Source: Octopus vulgaris (taxonomy: Eukaryota). From it: a stretch of DNA of 64,000 nt. A program made the translations under genes and the position numbers. The number at the start of each line of letters is the position of its first letter. Position 1 is the stretch's first letter. The notes under the pieces are model-generated. The model ran no database searches. It was not told where the DNA came from and was given only the letters and a program-made list of their open reading frames with translations. Where the stretch lies: positions 2,418,001 through 2,482,000 of the forward strand of contig OX597817.1 of NCBI GenBank assembly GCA_951406725.2. Direction: 5' to 3'. Shown here one piece after another: positions 1 through 14,402 of the stretch.

Positions 1-474
1 TATGTATGTATCTTACGTATAGCTTTTATAATTTTTATCTATACCGATATCTTGGCTGGGAAATAGCCATTTGGCCAAGAAGAAAATGTAAGTTTACGAT
101 TTACTCAAATTTATCTGAGTTTCTGTAAGGGAAAATTACAAATGGTACCCGAAATTTGTATTCATGTATTACAGTTTCCGTTTAGCACGAAATCCTGAAA
201 GCTGAGATCAACGTAACGCGGGATACATACTAACATATACACGCCTGTGTGTGTGTGTGTGTGTGTGTGTATTGTGTGTGCGTGTGTGTTCGTGCGTGTG
301 TGTGTGTGTGGGGGGGGGGGTAAAGATAGAAAGAGAGAGAAATGAGATACCTTCTAATAAATACTTTAAAAACTGAAAAACGTAACTAAGTTGAATTGAG
401 AGGCTACATATATCATAGACACCAAGCTTATTCATTAAGAGCCTTGCTTTGAATACAATTATATACTAATAAAA

Positions 475-686
475 GGCGGTGAGGTGGCAGGAACGTTAGC
501 ACGACGGGCGAAATGCCTAGTAGTATTTCGTCTGTCTTTACATTCTAAGTTCAAATTCTGCCAAGGTCGACTTTGCCTTTCATCCTTTTGGGGTCGATAA
601 ATTAAGTGCCAGTTGTGTACTGGGGTCGATGTAATCGACTGGCCCCCTCCCCCAAAATTTCGGGCCTTATACCTAGAGTGGAAAAG
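475..686 (+). mobile_element. tRNA-derived SINE, family A, full-length with TSD
   Basis: Head GGCGGTGAGgTGGCAGgAaCGTTAGCAC with B-box-like GTTCAAATT, then central GTCGACTTTGCCTTTCATCCTTTTGGGGTCGATAA. Flanked by aattatatactaata (457-471) and aattatatactcata (687-701). Many other copies in the window. Confidence 0.9.
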
Positions 687-1454
687 AATTATATACTCAT
701 ATTCATGCCGTATGGAAGATGCTATTTTATATTGTTCTTCGCAGTACCAGTGGCATTGGTTTCGATAACTCCATTGGCGTTTGATGCTGTACCTGCACTG
801 ACACTGCCTTTTGCCATTAAGTTCATGCTTCCACTTAAGTGCTTTTCTAATCGGGTGAACGCCCAGCAATTAGGAGTAGGTGCCTAGTAGTAGTAGTAGT
901 AGTAGCGGCAACAGCAGCAGCAATTCTGCTGAGGTGTTACGTTGGCTCATAATCAAATGTTGGAAGCTGTATAATTGATTTAATAAATGTTACTATATGA
1001 ATGAGTAAGACTTATATGAATGAATAAAAGCATCCTATTCTCTAGATTCATAACTACCAGTGCTGCCATTGACACAAAGCCACACACTCGTGGTAGAAGT
1101 ATATTGAAGTATATACAATTAAATTAGTATATACAATTGAATTATCTGGTATTTATATTATCTACTTTGGAGGGGTATATTTCAAATGTCTAATATAGAA
1201 GGGTTTTTTTATATACAGGAAGGGGTGAAGAGTCATTTATATTTTGTCTTCTCGTTAGAAGTATTTCCTGGATTGAGAATCACTAATTTTGTGGGATTTC
1301 GTTCAAATTAGATGAATAGCAATATCATACACGGAAGGCTTAAATGTAAAACATATAATGAAGCCCGTTGCCATAAATCATGTAGTTAACATTCTCTCAA
1401 TTATGACACTACTTTGCTCTAAAATTTTTTAAAGTAATAATGATGTTAATTGTG

Positions 1455-1649
1455 GGTACAAGGTTAGTAATTTTAGAGAAAGGGATAAATCTATTACATC
1501 CTCCTTAGGGCACTACTGGTACTTACTTTTTCGACCCGAAAAGAAGAAAATCAAACTCGACCTCGGCGGAATTTGAACTCAGCATATTCAAACAGAAGCA
1601 TTTTCCTCACGCTCAAGCAATTCCAGAAGTTCGTTACCATATTTTTTCC

Positions 1650-1685
<36 letters not shown>

Positions 1686-1810
1686 TAACGATTCCTTACA
1701 TGGGTTTATGGCCATAAATTTTATGAGAAGAGACCTTGTTAATTACATTGACTCCAGTACTTTATTCTGAAAGGATGAAAATTGAAATCAACCCCATCGG
1801 GGCTTACACG
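1455..1810 (-). mobile_element. two degenerate family A SINE pieces separated by (AAT)n
   Basis: Reverse-complement matches to family A (tcgacccgaaaaga...tcgacctcggcggaatttgaactcag; gactccagtac...aaggatgaaa). Confidence 0.7.
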
Positions 1811-2232
1811 AAAAGTATAAAGTATTGTAATTAAACATCACAAGATATATATTCTGTCGTACTCCCTTTTGTGCTGTAGATTGTTATTTAGTAATAATAA
1901 GGATTCATCTCGCACGGCACAGAATGTGTACAATTCACAATATATTCCAACACAATCGCCAAACAAATTTCCGGTATAATACACACAAACCACCATCCAA
2001 TAAATAACACGGACAACATGGAACATATTTCACTCAACAAACAACAAAATAGAGATAACAAGTCAAATAGCAACACTTCAAAGAAAATGTTACATAAATC
2101 ATACCACACTTTCAAAACCCAATGATGTTTACATCTCGTAGTGCAGTAAAACCTTTCGTTAATCTGGTTACCATATCTTAATCACTGTTACCTTAACCCA
2201 TACTAAAACCAATACTTTATGTGATGCATTAA

Positions 2233-2450
2233 GCAGCGAACTGGCAGAATTGTTGCTGCGCTGGAAAAAAAATGCTTAACGGAATGAGGTTTCTCTTCAT
2301 ATTCTGAGTTCAAATGCCACCATGGTTGACTCTGCTTTTCGTCCTTTCGGGATTGATAAAATAAGTACCAGTTGAACAGTGGCCTCAATGTAATCGATTA
2401 CTCTCCTCCCACGAAATTGCTGACCTTGTGCCAAAATTTGAAACCAATAT
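2233..2450 (+). mobile_element. family A SINE, diverged
   Basis: gcagcgaactggcagaattgtt...ttctgagttcaaat...cctttcgggattgataaaataagtaccagttg...ccttgtgccaaaatttgaaacc. Confidence 0.8.
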
Positions 2451-4156
2451 TTTACCTATAGAAATATTCTAATTATCTAATCAAAATAAATTTTCCCACT
2501 TTTTTTTGTGGGATTTTTAGATGATCCCAAAGGTTGGACATCTGATAACTGGTGTCCTTTTTAGTGTTCTGTTCCGACTACTGCGCACTGATCTTGGTGG
2601 TCGGTGAAACGTCTTCTCTGTCAGTTAAAATGCTTTCGGCGTCGACAAAGGAGGATTGCTTATTCTTTTCCTGAGGTCCTTCAAGTCAAGTATCTCGAAC
2701 GTCTGCTGAAAGTACTTGACCTAGTGGTGCCTCTCATTAGTGCTAGGTCAAGATAAGATAAACGACTTGTCATGACTCATTAACAATCTTCAAACGAGAA
2801 AACCGCCACCTACATTTCTTCGCTTTCAGTGAGACGTCTGACAAGACTAAAAGCTCGTAGCTTCTGTCTTATGTGTGACAACTTTGGTTTTCTGCGGTAT
2901 ATGCTATGGCAATTGCCATATTTCAACTTCCTTTAAAAGGCGTAACATTTTGAGAATATGCCAGATATTTTCCGTTTCGGTTAAAAGTACAAAATAGAAA
3001 AAACGCCAAATAAATTATCTAGAACAAGTTATTAATGAGATTTATGGGTGAGGATTGTTTTGACACACTCATGAAGAGTATTACATTGCTCCTTTGAAAT
3101 TTTAAAGTCTTTATTATTATTTAGCTTTATTTTTTTGTTGTTATCTTCCAAATTGTTGTGTGTTTTATAATCTTTAATTTTCTCGACAAGAAGGGTATAA
3201 TTTCGTCTTTCTATATCCTGAATGGAAATAATTCCATAGGAAATAATATAAGTGCTGTGTTGCAGTCGATGTAATCAGCTATAAGATTTCTCTTCGACGA
3301 TTAGCTCTATACTTAAGTGAAATATAATTATTTCCATGCAAAGAATGTAATATGCTTTAGCATTATATAGCGAATTTCATAAGATTTTATCTTCAGTTTT
3401 GGTGGCACCGAATATATGATAAGTATAATTTTGATATGATACGTATAATTTTAACGTTGTATGTAAATTTCAAATAGCTCTACTTTATTTCTGGCGTATA
3501 CGAACAAAATAGAGGAAAATAAATTCAATTATTGTGACCGAATAGTTTATTGAGTTAAAGCAACGTGTGTTGTTGGTGGGAGTAGGCTAGTTTGCGTGGA
3601 GGAGCTGAGTATCATACACAGGGATTTTCTTTGCATTAATCACAAAGTTAAGACATCGTTCAGCTGGTTTAGAGGTTGGGTATAGTTACTAACTAGGATT
3701 GACAAAATAATAATGGATTTTGCGGTTACTAGATGTTGTTAGATAGGAAAGTGCATTTCCTTGATTGGGCAGTGGATTGTTTGATTAGGCAGTGACAGAA
3801 ATGACTGGTTAAAGATCGGGTCTGCAGTTGAAGAAAAAGTGAATAATATTTCTAAAGTCAGAGAGGAAACTGTTTGCTCAAAAGTCCAAGTGAAACGATA
3901 TCTCTGTCAATTGTGTCAATATGCGAAAACGGTAAGAGACAAGACTCATGAATAAATCAATAAGAATGTTGATTTTATAAGTTCTCCATAAAGGATGAGA
4001 GACAGTCGAATAATTTTTCACAGTTGATCTCAGACCGGTACAGAGATTAACAATAAGCTAAGACAAACTTGAAGCACGACGGAACAGAAATATTTGTTGC
4101 TAGTGGAACATGTGAGGATAGAAAGCGAAAGAGAAAGAGAGAGAGAGAGAGAGAGG

Positions 4157-4198
<42 letters not shown>

Positions 4199-4870
4199 AA
4201 ATCATTTGTAAACACACACGAATATTCGTGATGCTACATGAATACGGAGAGCTGTTTGAGATAAAGGATGACAATTTTCATATTAACAGAAAGAGTGAAG
4301 TACGGTCAATGTTGGGCCAGGTTGTTAGCTGTTGGTAGTCATACTAGTTGTTCGTCTGTATTTAGCATCTGAAACTTACTATCTAAGAACAACAAATCTC
4401 CGGAACTTGATGAGACGTTGGCTGAAGTTTGAAAAACTAGCTGTTTAAGTGAGCAATTCCAAGAGATGGGCAATAAAGTATATGATGAAAATCTAGTAAG
4501 TGTACAGAGACAGAGAAACAGATAACTGTTTCAGAAGAAAAATAACTTAACATCTACAGGAGACTGTAGCGAATCCTCCTGAACAAAATAAGGCCTCGTG
4601 TTGATCCGCTTCTACGTAAGCAACAAAATGAATTTCGGTAAAGTAGAACAAAAGCACAGATACAACATTAAGGCTACTCATCGAAGGTGTCAAATCGACA
4701 CGAAGCGACGTAGGGTCCTCCTGCCAATACATTTATAGACCAACTGGGCGAAGGCTCCCTTCTACTGGAAAGCTACCAAGAGCAATGCCAGAGTGGGAAT
4801 TCAGGAGTGAAATCATCGATGGTGTTTGTCTACAGACGACGCATTGATAATGATGATATATATTTATAAA

Positions 4871-5599
4871 CTAGCGGGACCCGCGAATATCTCATGGAAT
4901 TAATAGTAGACCTATTGGGTTATTACTGAAAACTTTATCCAAAAAACCTGAAAGCGTATCCTGCGAGGTATTTGATGGAAAAATAGTCGCTCATCTGCTA
5001 TTCGTTGAAAAGTGAAAGAAATTGGATGATTTCTTAATGCACCTTATACATACACTTTATATTCTTTATGCACAATTTTATAGACACAACACTTATAAAA
5101 TAAATATTCACTCTTATTTTTCCATTTTCCCCATAAAAGAATATCCCGTGTATATATCTACCACATAAATGAACGTGAATATTTCCCGGAATTGCACTTT
5201 TGCACATGCGTTACGTGATGGGTGATATAAAAATCTTAGTTCAATTTTTAAAAATACACTTTTCACAATTCTCTCACCACCATCTCCATCTGCACCATTA
5301 TCAACATCTCTCTCTCCCCTCTCTTTCCCCTTCTCTCTGCTTTTCTTTAATCTCACCATCAGAATATCACCCCTCTGCTAAAATTATAATTTTAACTCTC
5401 CTCTTCTATTTTCAACTAACTTTTTAAACCACGTCATAAATTTTCCATTCCTCCTTCCTCTCTTCATGGATGCTTCTCTCTCCCTCTTTTAATTTCTTCC
5501 TCTTATCCTCTTATTCTTCGCCTTATCCTCTTTTTCTTTCTCCGCTCTTTCCCTTCAACTAATCACATGAAGGCGTTAATGAATAGAATTATTATAAGA
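4871..5599 (-). mobile_element. non-autonomous Helitron-like element
   Basis: Minus strand begins a|TCTTATAATAAT (5599) and ends ...ttcgcgggtcccgCTAG|t (4871). This gives 5' TC, 3' CTAG with a GC-rich subterminal segment, insertion between A and T, and no TSD. Confidence 0.6.
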
Positions 5600-6783
5600 T
5601 AAATATTCCGGTTTTATCAAAGCAGTTTTCATATTTTGCCGAGTTTCTTCTAGTTTGTTAGTAAGATTAGAATATCTAAATTTAAACACAATGTAGGCAT
5701 TCATTGGCACCCGTCTGGATGATGTGATTTGGATGTTTGATTGGAGTAAACATTACCACCAGAATGCCTTTTTTTTTTTTTACCATGGTCAGATTTATAT
5801 TTCACTTTTAGATTATTATATGCTATCTGAGTATTAGTCCCCTCATCAATCGCTTATTTTCTCGCAAACTTCTGCAGATTACGAGTATAATATCCAGCAA
5901 TGTTTACTTATTCCTAGCGTATTTAGTGGGGGTTGGGGGTGATAAGGCAGTCCGCCCCGGGCAGGACTTTTAAAGGGGAGGTACTTTGGGTCTGCTGTAG
6001 GCAATATGTGTTTTTTGTGGGGGAGGTAGGGGACGCGTATAATCATACAGAATAAGTTATACAATAGCATGTATGGTTTGATGAAATGTATTTTGTGTTC
6101 TGTTATGAAGTTTATTTTTAACCTGTTCATATATTTTATTAGGTATGTATTTTCTTCACGTAATATATTTTATATGTGCTTTGTGTATCTTAATAGTTTT
6201 CCTGTTCTGATGTACCTGTTGTATGGCATTTGTATTCACTGGCTGTTAAGCGTTTGTTTAAATCTGTATGTTTCTTTTAGTGCTTCGCAACAGAAGGAAA
6301 TTTAACTGATCTTCTCAAAGTACTTTATATAAGGAACAATATAAATTAGTCATACGTTTCCTCTCAGGGTTCGCTTGTGAGTTGGTCTACGTGACTGCGA
6401 TGGAAAAGAAAATGATAACACTGTATCAGCTTACAATATACGAATCAGTTGTCTCCAATGGACAAATGAGATATTGTAGAGAAATCGAAAGGAGACTTAG
6501 AAACAATTTTGCCCTCGGATTTAATATGCAAAACAGTAGAAATAACAGGTACATCGCGTTTCAGAGACATAAGTCAATGTCAGTACTTAAACGAAAACAG
6601 TGAAACCCATATAGATGTGATATGTCAGAGATTAAAGTCCCTACGGAGAAGAGAACATTTCGATAATCCTCCACAAACGTATCACTGTATAAGAAAAATT
6701 ACAGAACAAAACAATACTCAACAGCAGATATAAACACAAATATAGCACAACAAATCTATCAAATATAAATCCTATTGAAATAC

Positions 6784-6949
6784 ATAGTTAGATGCTAAGC
6801 ACATTTGGGAGGTTTTGGCAGTGTTTTTATCTATGTTTTGATTTATGTGATGCTATGCGAGATGTATCGCATAGTATTTCATAAATCAAATATATACTAT
6901 AGATAAAAACACTGCCTAAACCTCATAATTGTGCTTAGCACCGAACTAT
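6784..6949. repeat. ~165 bp fold-back palindrome
   Basis: atagttagatgctaagcacattt...gcagtgtttttatcta...gatttatg...ctatgcga versus tcgcatag...cataaatc...tagataaaaacactgc...tgtgcttagcaccgaactat. Confidence 0.9.
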
Positions 6950-7537
6950 AAATTAGCAATAAATGATACAGTAAAAAATAATAAAATTTTAAAATATTCA
7001 TAGCGAAGGGAGCCACAAACCTATAAGCACAGCTTCACGACTCTATTGGAAACGATATTCTTCCCCACGCAAACCCCTTACACTGACAACAAAGAGCATT
7101 TGTACTGAACTATTTTCAATAGTACCCCACCACCCAAAAGAAACCTGAGGGGAAAATATAGCAAACAACAGAGCTATAATATATATAAATCTCCATGAAT
7201 GACGGTCAAATTTCTAATTATCCCTTCTAGCAGAGAGCAAATGTATGTTTGCCTAATTAGTCCATCCTAACAATCCATACAAGCATCACATGAAGCTCTC
7301 ATCCACTACATTCCCAAACGCATTCAAATGCTACGCAAGTTCGTATGCCTTCGTCTGTCCCCAAACTTACACCCTTCCTATATATATACATTCCACTGTC
7401 TTACTAAATGATGTATGGTTCTATGTTGCCGGCACATCAACTCTCGATCTATTAGGATCCGTGTTGGTTTCTCCACGTCTATGTTAATGCGTAACTTGGT
7501 CTGTATGATTACATGCGTCCCCAACCTCAAGCCCCGC

Positions 7538-7652
7538 TACACACTTACACGTACACCCTTAACCCTCTGCACTTTTATATCTTTCCCACCCACACACACT
7601 TACACGTACACCCTTAACCATCTGCACTTTTATATCTTTCCCACCCGCACAC
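7538..7652. repeat. ~55 bp tandem duplication
   Basis: acacacttacacgtacacccttaacc(c/a)tctgcacttttatatctttcccaccc occurs twice in tandem. Confidence 0.9.
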
Positions 7653-7756
7653 ATTTACTTCTATCCATATAAGTGGTGCCGTCTGTGTTCAGATGTGCAA
7701 AACTCTAAGGAAGTACCTCTATGTATTCAAATGTTTATATATATATGACTGTGTTT

Positions 7757-7840
7757 GTATGTATGTATGTATGTATGTATGTATGTATGTATGTATGTAT
7801 GTATGTATGTATGTATGTATGTATGTATGTATGTATGTGT
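7757..7840. repeat. (TATG)n microsatellite
   Basis: Read directly. Confidence 0.95.
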
Positions 7841-8593
7841 GTATGCATATACATACACAAATACATATGTGTATGTACACACAAGTTGGTGTGTGTAGAT
7901 GGCTGAGTGTGGCTTTACCCTTACATTTGTATTTGTGTTAATATGTACATGAATATGAATGCATATGTGTGTCTATATGTATATGTAAGCATATCTGTGC
8001 TCACACACACGCAGCATTCCTATACACAGATACATAAATACATATATGCGACTCTGTCTGTCTGTCTCAATCTCTCTCTATATATATGTGGGGGAGGACA
8101 GTATGCATGTGTGTATATATGTATTTGGATATACGTGTGTGAGCATATACATATATATACACACACATTTATGGGAGTGTAAGTAAATATATGTGTATAA
8201 GTTTAATTTAAGTTTTATCCAACTTTTCCGAATCTTTGGGGAAATTCAATCAACTAATCCAATTTTTTCCCATAAAGCTAGACATATGTTCCCACTGTAA
8301 ATCATCTTGCCACTATTAGTAAAAAAACCCCAAACAGGCAAATAAACTTCAGTTTACACCATCTGTTTGGAATATAAATTTCCACTTAGGGGCACAAATG
8401 AAGGAAACCTATATTATGTCCGAGTTTCAAGCCGTGAAATTTGCTAAGAATTTGTCAAGTGTTATGTTACTTAAATAAGAACATACACGTGCAACATCAG
8501 GAACAAGAATAATATAATAAAAATGAAAAAAAGGAATACTGCCATTTGAAATTTTAATATTGCCGCAGGGAAATTGAAAATATGGCACTGTAA

Positions 8594-8804
8594 GGCGGTG
8601 AGCTTGGAGAATTGTTAGTACGCAGGGCGAAATGCGTAGCCATATTTCGTCTGCCGTTACGTTCTGAGTTCCCATTCCGCCGAGGTCGACTTTGCCTTTC
8701 ATCCTTTCGGGATCGATTAAATAAGTACCAGTTACGCACTGGGGTCGATATAATCGACTTAATACGTTTGTCTGTCCTTGTTTGTCTCCTGTGTGTGTAG
8801 CCCC
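8594..8804 (+). mobile_element. family A SINE with variant 3' end
   Basis: ggcggtgagcttggagaattgttag...gtcgactttgcctttcatcctttcgggatcg; candidate TSD aatatggca at 8579 and 8805. Confidence 0.85.
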
Positions 8805-9519
8805 AATATGGCATTGGGGTTAAGAAATTCTCTTCAAAGCTGCTTGGTTTTTGTTTCGATCCTGCTCCATCATCGAATTTTTAGTGGTTTACTTTTATAG
8901 ATTCCTTTTCTCTCATGCTTCTCGTATAAATGTTGGTCTTTGTTGTTGTTCTTTACGTCCAAGCAAACACTAATTTAGCAATGCATTGGTCAAAGATTTT
9001 CATACTGCCCTTTTGCATATATTTTATGTATCTTAATCGTATTGTTGAATGTTTCGGTTCAGTACTTCACCTTGGACAGGTGTCTTCAAAATTTGCTCGG
9101 AATGACGAATACCGTTTTCATTGAATTTGAAATATAGTTACTGTGCGAATGTCTATACGCCTCCAGTTTTCGTATACACCATCAGAAATATCATGAACGA
9201 GTGATTATTCCGCTGAAGACCTGTAATCAAGGACACGATTGTTCACAAATTGTCGGGCAAAATAACTAAAAATAAACAAATCAGTTTCCCTCAGAACAAA
9301 TTAGATATTTAGTTCTGGAGGCAATATCCCTAAATACAAGTTGAGGTGGCCACCGGTGAATGTTTTAGATTAGAGATATGCTCAATAAGGGCTGACGTAG
9401 AGCTAAACAACAAAAACAAGATTAAATACAACATAATGGACTGTGTTAAGAGGGACGGTCCCTTCACATGCTAAGGTCTTTACTGTAGAAAACTTAAAGT
9501 TTGTAGGCAAAACCTAATA

Positions 9520-10340
9520 ATTTTATTTTACTTGCTGGGTCTGGAGAAAGAGACAGCGAACATGGTCTATACAAGTCTTCAGAGACTGATGTCGTTAATG
9601 ATCCACTTAAACTACTGAATGTCGACATCTGCAAAAAAAGATGAAAGCGAGAGGGTGACAGAAGAGGGATGAAGTTCAGTGGAAGAAATAGAGGGCGTAG
9701 CGGTTAATGCAGGGTTTGGCATGTTTGGACACATGATGGGCAAAAAATGGAGGGAAAATGAACGAGGTGACAATTTCTGAGTAGAGGTAGGGGACTAATC
9801 GTGTCCAAGAAGTAGAAACAGTTATGCTAGTAAATCGAAAGCAGAAAAGCAAAGCAACATACACTGGGTCAAAGGCCAGTTCGTGTCCATGAGTGATTTT
9901 ATATGAATTAGTCATATGATCTGTGTCAGGATGCGATCTAGTATATTTGTGAGTACAGCAGTAGAGCCTCTCACCTTACATATTAGAGCAATACTTCTCT
10001 GAGTGCCTCACCTGTGCTTTATTAAGCGACAGTAAATCTTGGATGTTAAAATATTTTTTTGGCTCTAGAGAGAATAGACAGTTTTTGGTATGTTCTGTTA
10101 TGTTAAAGATGCGCTTTCGCCCACAGAGATCCCTGCAAATTGTGAGGACTAATATTTCGAAAGATTGTGAGAGTTCTAGTTGATTGCCGCTCACAGTTAA
10201 TTGAGCTTCATGTGATGATATTGTTTCGATGTGAGATCGTGAACAGTGGAGTTGACAGGGTATGAAACAGAAAGAGTCCCATCTAGTTAGTCCGATATGC
10301 TAGGAAACTACCGAACTTAGACATGAGGGATCAATAAAAC
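9520..10340 (-). mobile_element. degenerate LINE ORF2 3' end (Jockey/L2/CR1-group)
   Basis: Minus-strand peptide pieces ILVLTICRDL, ..KKYFNIQDLLSLNKAQVRHSEKYCSNM (cf. LYKAQVRPxLEYCS), ILDRI, FKWIIND; frameshifted; A-rich 3' end near 9520. Confidence 0.65.
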
Positions 10341-11714
10341 CCTCATACAGGCGGTTTCAACAACAGATTTATATTACGTATGGGCGAAAGTTAAATATGA
10401 TAAGTGCCGGTATTTCTGGTCCTTCTTTTATCTACACGTTGAATGGTAAGAATTACTATCAGAAATTTTGGGATTTTGCACCAAAAATGGTGAAAATAAA
10501 TGCTATAATTTATTTAAGTCGGCATGCTACTGTTTTTAGGAATGTTTTTGTGAAACTTTACGTTAATTTACAAATTTGAATTAATTCTGTGAATTAGCGT
10601 GACGCTTCTTTTCAACTAATACAATGCTTCCACTGCTTACAGAAGCCAGTTATACAGCCACGGAAATGCTGCAGATAGTTGTGACAAAAAGCGAAGCACC
10701 AACATCTCGGTTCAATTTGTGGTTCCTTTTCAATTGTCCACCCTCACAAATACGCTTATCAACTCAATATTCCATTTGCTGCATCTACCTTAGGGACATA
10801 ATTTCAAGTAGGTAGGATGATGATAGTTGTTTTGTCTGTAGTTCTGAGAAAAAAAGCAGATACCAGTTTTGATGATATATCGTATTATGACATCTTGAAT
10901 ATGAAGCGAATGTTAGCTAACGTAATAAAATAATATTTTTATATATTCTCTCAAATAACGGACAATAAATTTCTTGTCTTTTGGCTGGGAAAGATGTAAC
11001 CCGTAAATTTTGAATGGTTTTATTGGTAAGATATGCAATTAGATACAATTTGAGAACAAATATATGATATAATTTTGGAAAATTATATCAGAGAAAACTG
11101 ACACAATTTGCTCATTAATTTCATCTTATGTTTATCTTTGACATTTATAAAAGACATTTTCTCGAAATGTCTTTTTTGTTTATATTCATTTTTCGCGAAT
11201 GTCTAAGGTGTAATCTGACCTCTACTTATTGTAAAATGTCAGTTTGCATCGACGTTCAGTTCACATCCTTCATATGCTTCTAATAGAAGTATTATATATT
11301 AAAGTATTATATTCTACTGCCAAAATATTCTCCCTCGTAGGTCAAACGATGTTTTACAAACAGACGATCTCTTGACAATAGAGATGTTGATTATATTGAA
11401 ACAACATTCTTTTGTTGACTGCTGTTACTTCTTGTTATTTAACAAATAGTCTGCGCCAATCTTACCGATTTATGATCAAAAAGCGTTCCAGCCACGACAC
11501 CATCTCATCCATTTTACATACAATATATACACGTTTGGACTACATTATATGATGTGTCTTTTTAAAGAAAATCTGAGAGAAAGTTGGCTTGATATATCTA
11601 ACAGGCGGATTGACAGTGTCGCCGCTGTCACGCTTGTTGAGTAAATATAGCTTATATATGTAGACAAGAGGGAAATATTTTACAGTTATTCCTCTGAATA
11701 TAGAAGCTTCACAA

Positions 11715-12065
11715 CAGGGGTTCTTAACTATGTGTTTTTTTATCTATGGATTCCTTTGATTACTATTTTGCTCTGGTGGACCCCTATAACCGTATGATGT
11801 TTCAAAACTAGTTTTATGGAAACGTATTTCAAAATTCCTATTTCGATATTTCACGCATTAACTTGTGTAGGTTGAACTATGTAAAATGTTAGAGAAAGAA
11901 ACCTAGCTGTTTCTTGCAATACATACCAATACATACATTTAAAGCAAATTTTTTTCAGGAGATCTTAAAATAACATCGTGGATCGCCAATTTGCTATTTT
12001 ATTGTGTGGACCCTCCAAAATTTTACATGGACCCCCCAGGGCCATATGACCCCGTATGAAAATTG
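11715..12065. mobile_element. hAT-type MITE, decayed
   Basis: Left end CAGGGGTTCTTAAC resembles hAT/Charlie TIRs; repeated subterminal tggaccc/atggaccc motifs; right TIR eroded. Confidence 0.45.
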
Positions 12066-12127
12066 ATCGGTCTTCCATTCCTAACTTAATTTCATTTATT
12101 TTAATGTTACTCATATCATGTTTTAAA

Positions 12128-12194
12128 GGATATTTTGTGATGAGAAAGATATAAGGATTCGAAGGATTTTGTGATGAGAAAGATATAAGGATTC
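12128..12194. repeat. ~34 bp tandem duplication
   Basis: ttttgtgatgagaaagatataaggattc twice. Confidence 0.9.
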
Positions 12195-12714
12195 ATTTAT
12201 TACCGAGGTTCACTTTGTTTGTTGCACAAATCGTACAACAACCCTTCGTTCTCTCTGTGTGCAATAGGTTCCAAACGCACGTAAGTCCATACTGCTGAAG
12301 TAAGCTTACAGCCCCATGCGTATGAACATGATTAGATTGCAGCAATATTGGAATCCTTTTAAACCAATGTGACAAAGTTAAAACTCTTCAGAAATGGGTT
12401 ATCTAGATCAATATACATGGAAATAGTTCTGATTTTGACACCCTATCCAAGTTAAAGAGCAATGACAAAAAAAAGAGAAAAAACTCGCGAGCCGAGGAAG
12501 AAAACTCTATGTAGTCGCTCAGCCTTTTAGAAATAGCAGCTGAATCACCCTCAAATCAAATTACATCTTGTCTTTAAAAAAAGAACTCAGTAGACAATGC
12601 AGCTTCTAAAATAAAAACAAAAACAAGATGTGGTTATATGGTTATGGATCGACTTTCTTTGATCGATTTCCATATCTCAAATAGTAATGATTTCGTTCAT
12701 ATCTCAAATAACGG

Positions 12715-13140
12715 TTTCAACATTTGGCTCAGGACAGCAATTTCAACGGAGTGGGTAAGTTGATTACATCGATCCAAATTCTCAACTGATATTTATTTTA
12801 TTGACCCCGATAGGATGGAAGGCAAAATCTACCTCGGCTGAATCTGAATTACATCCCGAACAACAATAACAATTCTATACAATAGCATATATTTCAAGGG
12901 CTAGAATACAGTCAAGAGAATCTACTTAGTACTTCCGTATATTAAACTAGACTTACGAACTTCTTAAGTGTTTCTTATTTAGGCTCAAGGGCATGAATTT
13001 GAAAGGAAGTGGGGTTAGTCGATACCACCAGCAATTGATTGGTGCATTAGGTTATGGGATCCCTGAAATATTAAAAGCTAAATTGACCTCGGTAGGATTT
13101 CATTTCAAAACGCAAAGAGTCGGATGAAATATCGTAAGGT
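12715..13140 (-). mobile_element. two old family A SINE copies
   Basis: gaccccgataggatggaaggcaaaatctacctcggctgaatctgaa (12800-12850) and aattgacctcggtaggatttc (13081-13100). Confidence 0.6.
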
Positions 13141-14402
13141 ATAATTTTTCAGACACACAAAGGAACCCACCAAATTCTTCCCCTTTTGCAGAAGACTCTT
13201 TATAACGATATCTCTCTGTGCATAAAGACAACAATTTTCGAAGTAACGCATTTGGTCAATAATTCGCTGCCAGTTACCGGCTTCATAAAATCCGAAGATA
13301 AAGTCAAAATAAGAAGGTTTGAAATCAGAACTAAAGAAAAAAGAAAACTAAATAACTCAAGTAATTTAGTTTCGCATTTTGTTGTGTCTAGTATTTCTTT
13401 AACCTCATATAGCTCTTAACTCTTATAAATTTTGCTTTTACTTTGCTGCAAAAGCAGGGAAGTTAATGATAATAATGAGTTCGCCATAATGATTTCTATT
13501 TGCAATTACAGTTAGGAAGAGAATAAAGCGAATTAAATTTAGAATAAAAAATAATTTCCCTACTGAATTCCGCAGTGGTATTACAATACTTCCTATAAGC
13601 ATTTAATTACATAATTATATAATGATCTATTGATTAGACAATTCAGTTGGTTTTATGGGGCGGGGTCGAAACCATATATGTTGAATGCAACGTGAAATCA
13701 CAACCGTACCATGTCACTACATATTCGAAATCGGTTGAAGTGACCTTTCCAAGTGTATCAAATATCATTTTATTTCACCGCTAAGTAGTTACTGTCGTCT
13801 GAAAGGAGAAAATCAGATTTAATTCTCGCGGGATTAAATTACATTTCAAAATCAAACAAAAGCCAATGAACTCAGTAGACTACAAGCTAGGCGCCAGGTG
13901 GATTAAGTCTACTGCATTGTTTCGATATACGGTCGAAATTGCTTCATTGAATATTACTCACTAATACTATAAAGAGATAAATGTTATCAACACTGCGTTA
14001 ATGATATGTAATTTCCTATTTTGTTATAAGATGAGCGGAACAAGAAAATATGAAGTGTTTACGAATGAAGTAAAATCATCCCAGACCTTCATAATCTGAC
14101 ACCAACAGAAGAAAGGATTGGGCAACGGATATTCTGTATTTAATAAATGAGCTGCGTCATAAGATTAAGATCCACTCATTAACAAAAAGAACGTAATGAA
14201 TTGTTCAATGAAAGAAATTAATTATTTAACCAATTAATGACTAAATTATTTAAGGATTTATTTATAGAAATGGAACGATTGAAAATAAGCACTCAATATT
14301 TATATCTATAATGAAACGTTTTTATATGCAGAGTAGTACTCGATGTGCTTGTGCAATAACTAGAATAAGGTTGTTTTTTTTTATATATATATAAGTGTCT
14401 TA

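Noticed and set aside
3840-4850. Possible LTR-retrotransposon gag remnant
   Set aside because: No diagnostic motif could be read
9494-9628. Apparent minus-strand exon (tttgcag|MSTFSSLSGSLTTSVSEDLYRPCSLSLSPDP...)
   Set aside because: It lies in the 3' end of a decayed LINE ORF2; another frame reads as the LINE C-terminus
13865-13918. Short hairpin cagtagact...agtctactg
   Set aside because: Stem too short to distinguish from chance
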